Source: Candidatus Kerfeldbacteria bacterium (GTDB lineage: Bacteria > Patescibacteriota > Patescibacteriia > UBA9570). From it: DNA of 64,000 nt. Position 1 is the stretch's first letter. Every line of letters starts with the position of its first letter. This document shows positions 63,723 through 64,000 of the stretch, in pieces. The notes below the pieces were generated by a model. The model worked only from the letters and a program-made list of their open reading frames with translations, did not search any database and was not told the origin of the DNA. A program made the position numbers and the translations under genes. The stretch covers positions 2,870 through 66,869 of the forward strand of contig JACPGK010000008.1 in the NCBI GenBank assembly GCA_016182495.1. Direction: 5' to 3'.

Positions 63723-63950
63723 TTAATCAAGGTAGCCTAAATTCTTCAAGCGTTCACGAATTTTATCTTCGTCGGCTTGAGAATAGGTATGATCTTGTTT
63801 CGTTTGAGCAGAACTGGTCTGCTGTTTTTTTTCAACGACTTGTTGCAAAATATAACTAACGTAGCTGGCCACATCGGAAAATTCTTTGCTCTGCTGCACA
63901 ATTTTTTCTAACTGCGCATATACTTCATCGGGGAGTTGCACTTGAGCCAT
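63723..63950 (-). CDS. small ribbon-helix-helix (CopG/Arc-like) protein, putative regulator heading the sat operon
   Basis: The N-terminus MAQVQLPDEVYAQLEKIVQQ matches the RHH beta-strand/helix-A pattern (hydrophobic-x-LPDEhY-x2-L). It is 75 aa and lies immediately 5' of sat with a 3-nt gap. Confidence 0.45.
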   Translation of the reverse strand: MAQVQLPDEVYAQLEKIVQQSKEFSDVASYVSYILQQVVEKKQQTSSAQTKQDHTYSQADEDKIRERLKNLGYLD

Positions 63951-64000
63951 ATACTATTCAAATTAATTCATTAAACATTACCGCGCGATACTGCTTAATC

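Overview
This 64-kb window is gene-dense bacterial chromosome with the standard genetic code; ORFs terminate normally at TGA, TAA and TAG, so there is no sign of UGA recoding. The gene content looks like a reduced-genome episymbiont (CPR/Saccharibacteria-like), but that is an inference from content and giant ORFs, not from any marker. Recognisable housekeeping genes are gyrB, pheS, pheT, the complete F1Fo ATP synthase operon (AtpZ/I-like, atpBEFHAGDC), rmuC, tatD, metG, an M16 peptidase, dimeric glyQS, msrB, rpmA, pyrG, rplI, ctpA and murA. Accessory and envelope content lies between them. (1) A 2220-aa giant protein carries an embedded PPM/PP2C phosphatase domain, Pro/Ala/Thr-rich linkers, coiled coils and an internal hydrophobic hairpin, and is preceded by two small co-oriented ORFs. 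(2) A dTDP-rhamnose operon (rmlA-rmlC-NUDIX-rmlB-rmlD) has an inserted NUDIX hydrolase gene. (3) A Wzx-dependent glycan locus holds four GT2s (one Dpm1/GtrB-like polyprenyl-phosphate glycosyltransferase), a GT4, a GT-C (ArnT/PMT-like) enzyme and two flippases, with three tandem alkaline-phosphatase-superfamily (type I phosphodiesterase/NPP-like) paralogs embedded in it. (4) An AT-rich AAA+ ATPase gene of the AAA_14/DUF4143 type sits behind a near-consensus promoter with an 11-bp inverted repeat that covers the -10 box and the start codon. (5) A minus-strand operon reads RHH regulator, sat, DHH-family phosphoesterase (candidate PAP phosphatase), cysC, then an 810-aa polytopic membrane protein whose C-terminus carries a textbook CDP-alcohol phosphotransferase motif. 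I read this operon as a PAPS-producing module wired to surface-glycan decoration (sulfation plus phospho-alcohol transfer); no sulfotransferase was recognisable inside the window. I found no rRNA, tRNA, CRISPR array or transposase. Coordinates follow the supplied ORF track, which calls TTG/GTG starts as M; several starts were moved to internal ATGs where the N-terminal family signature begins.
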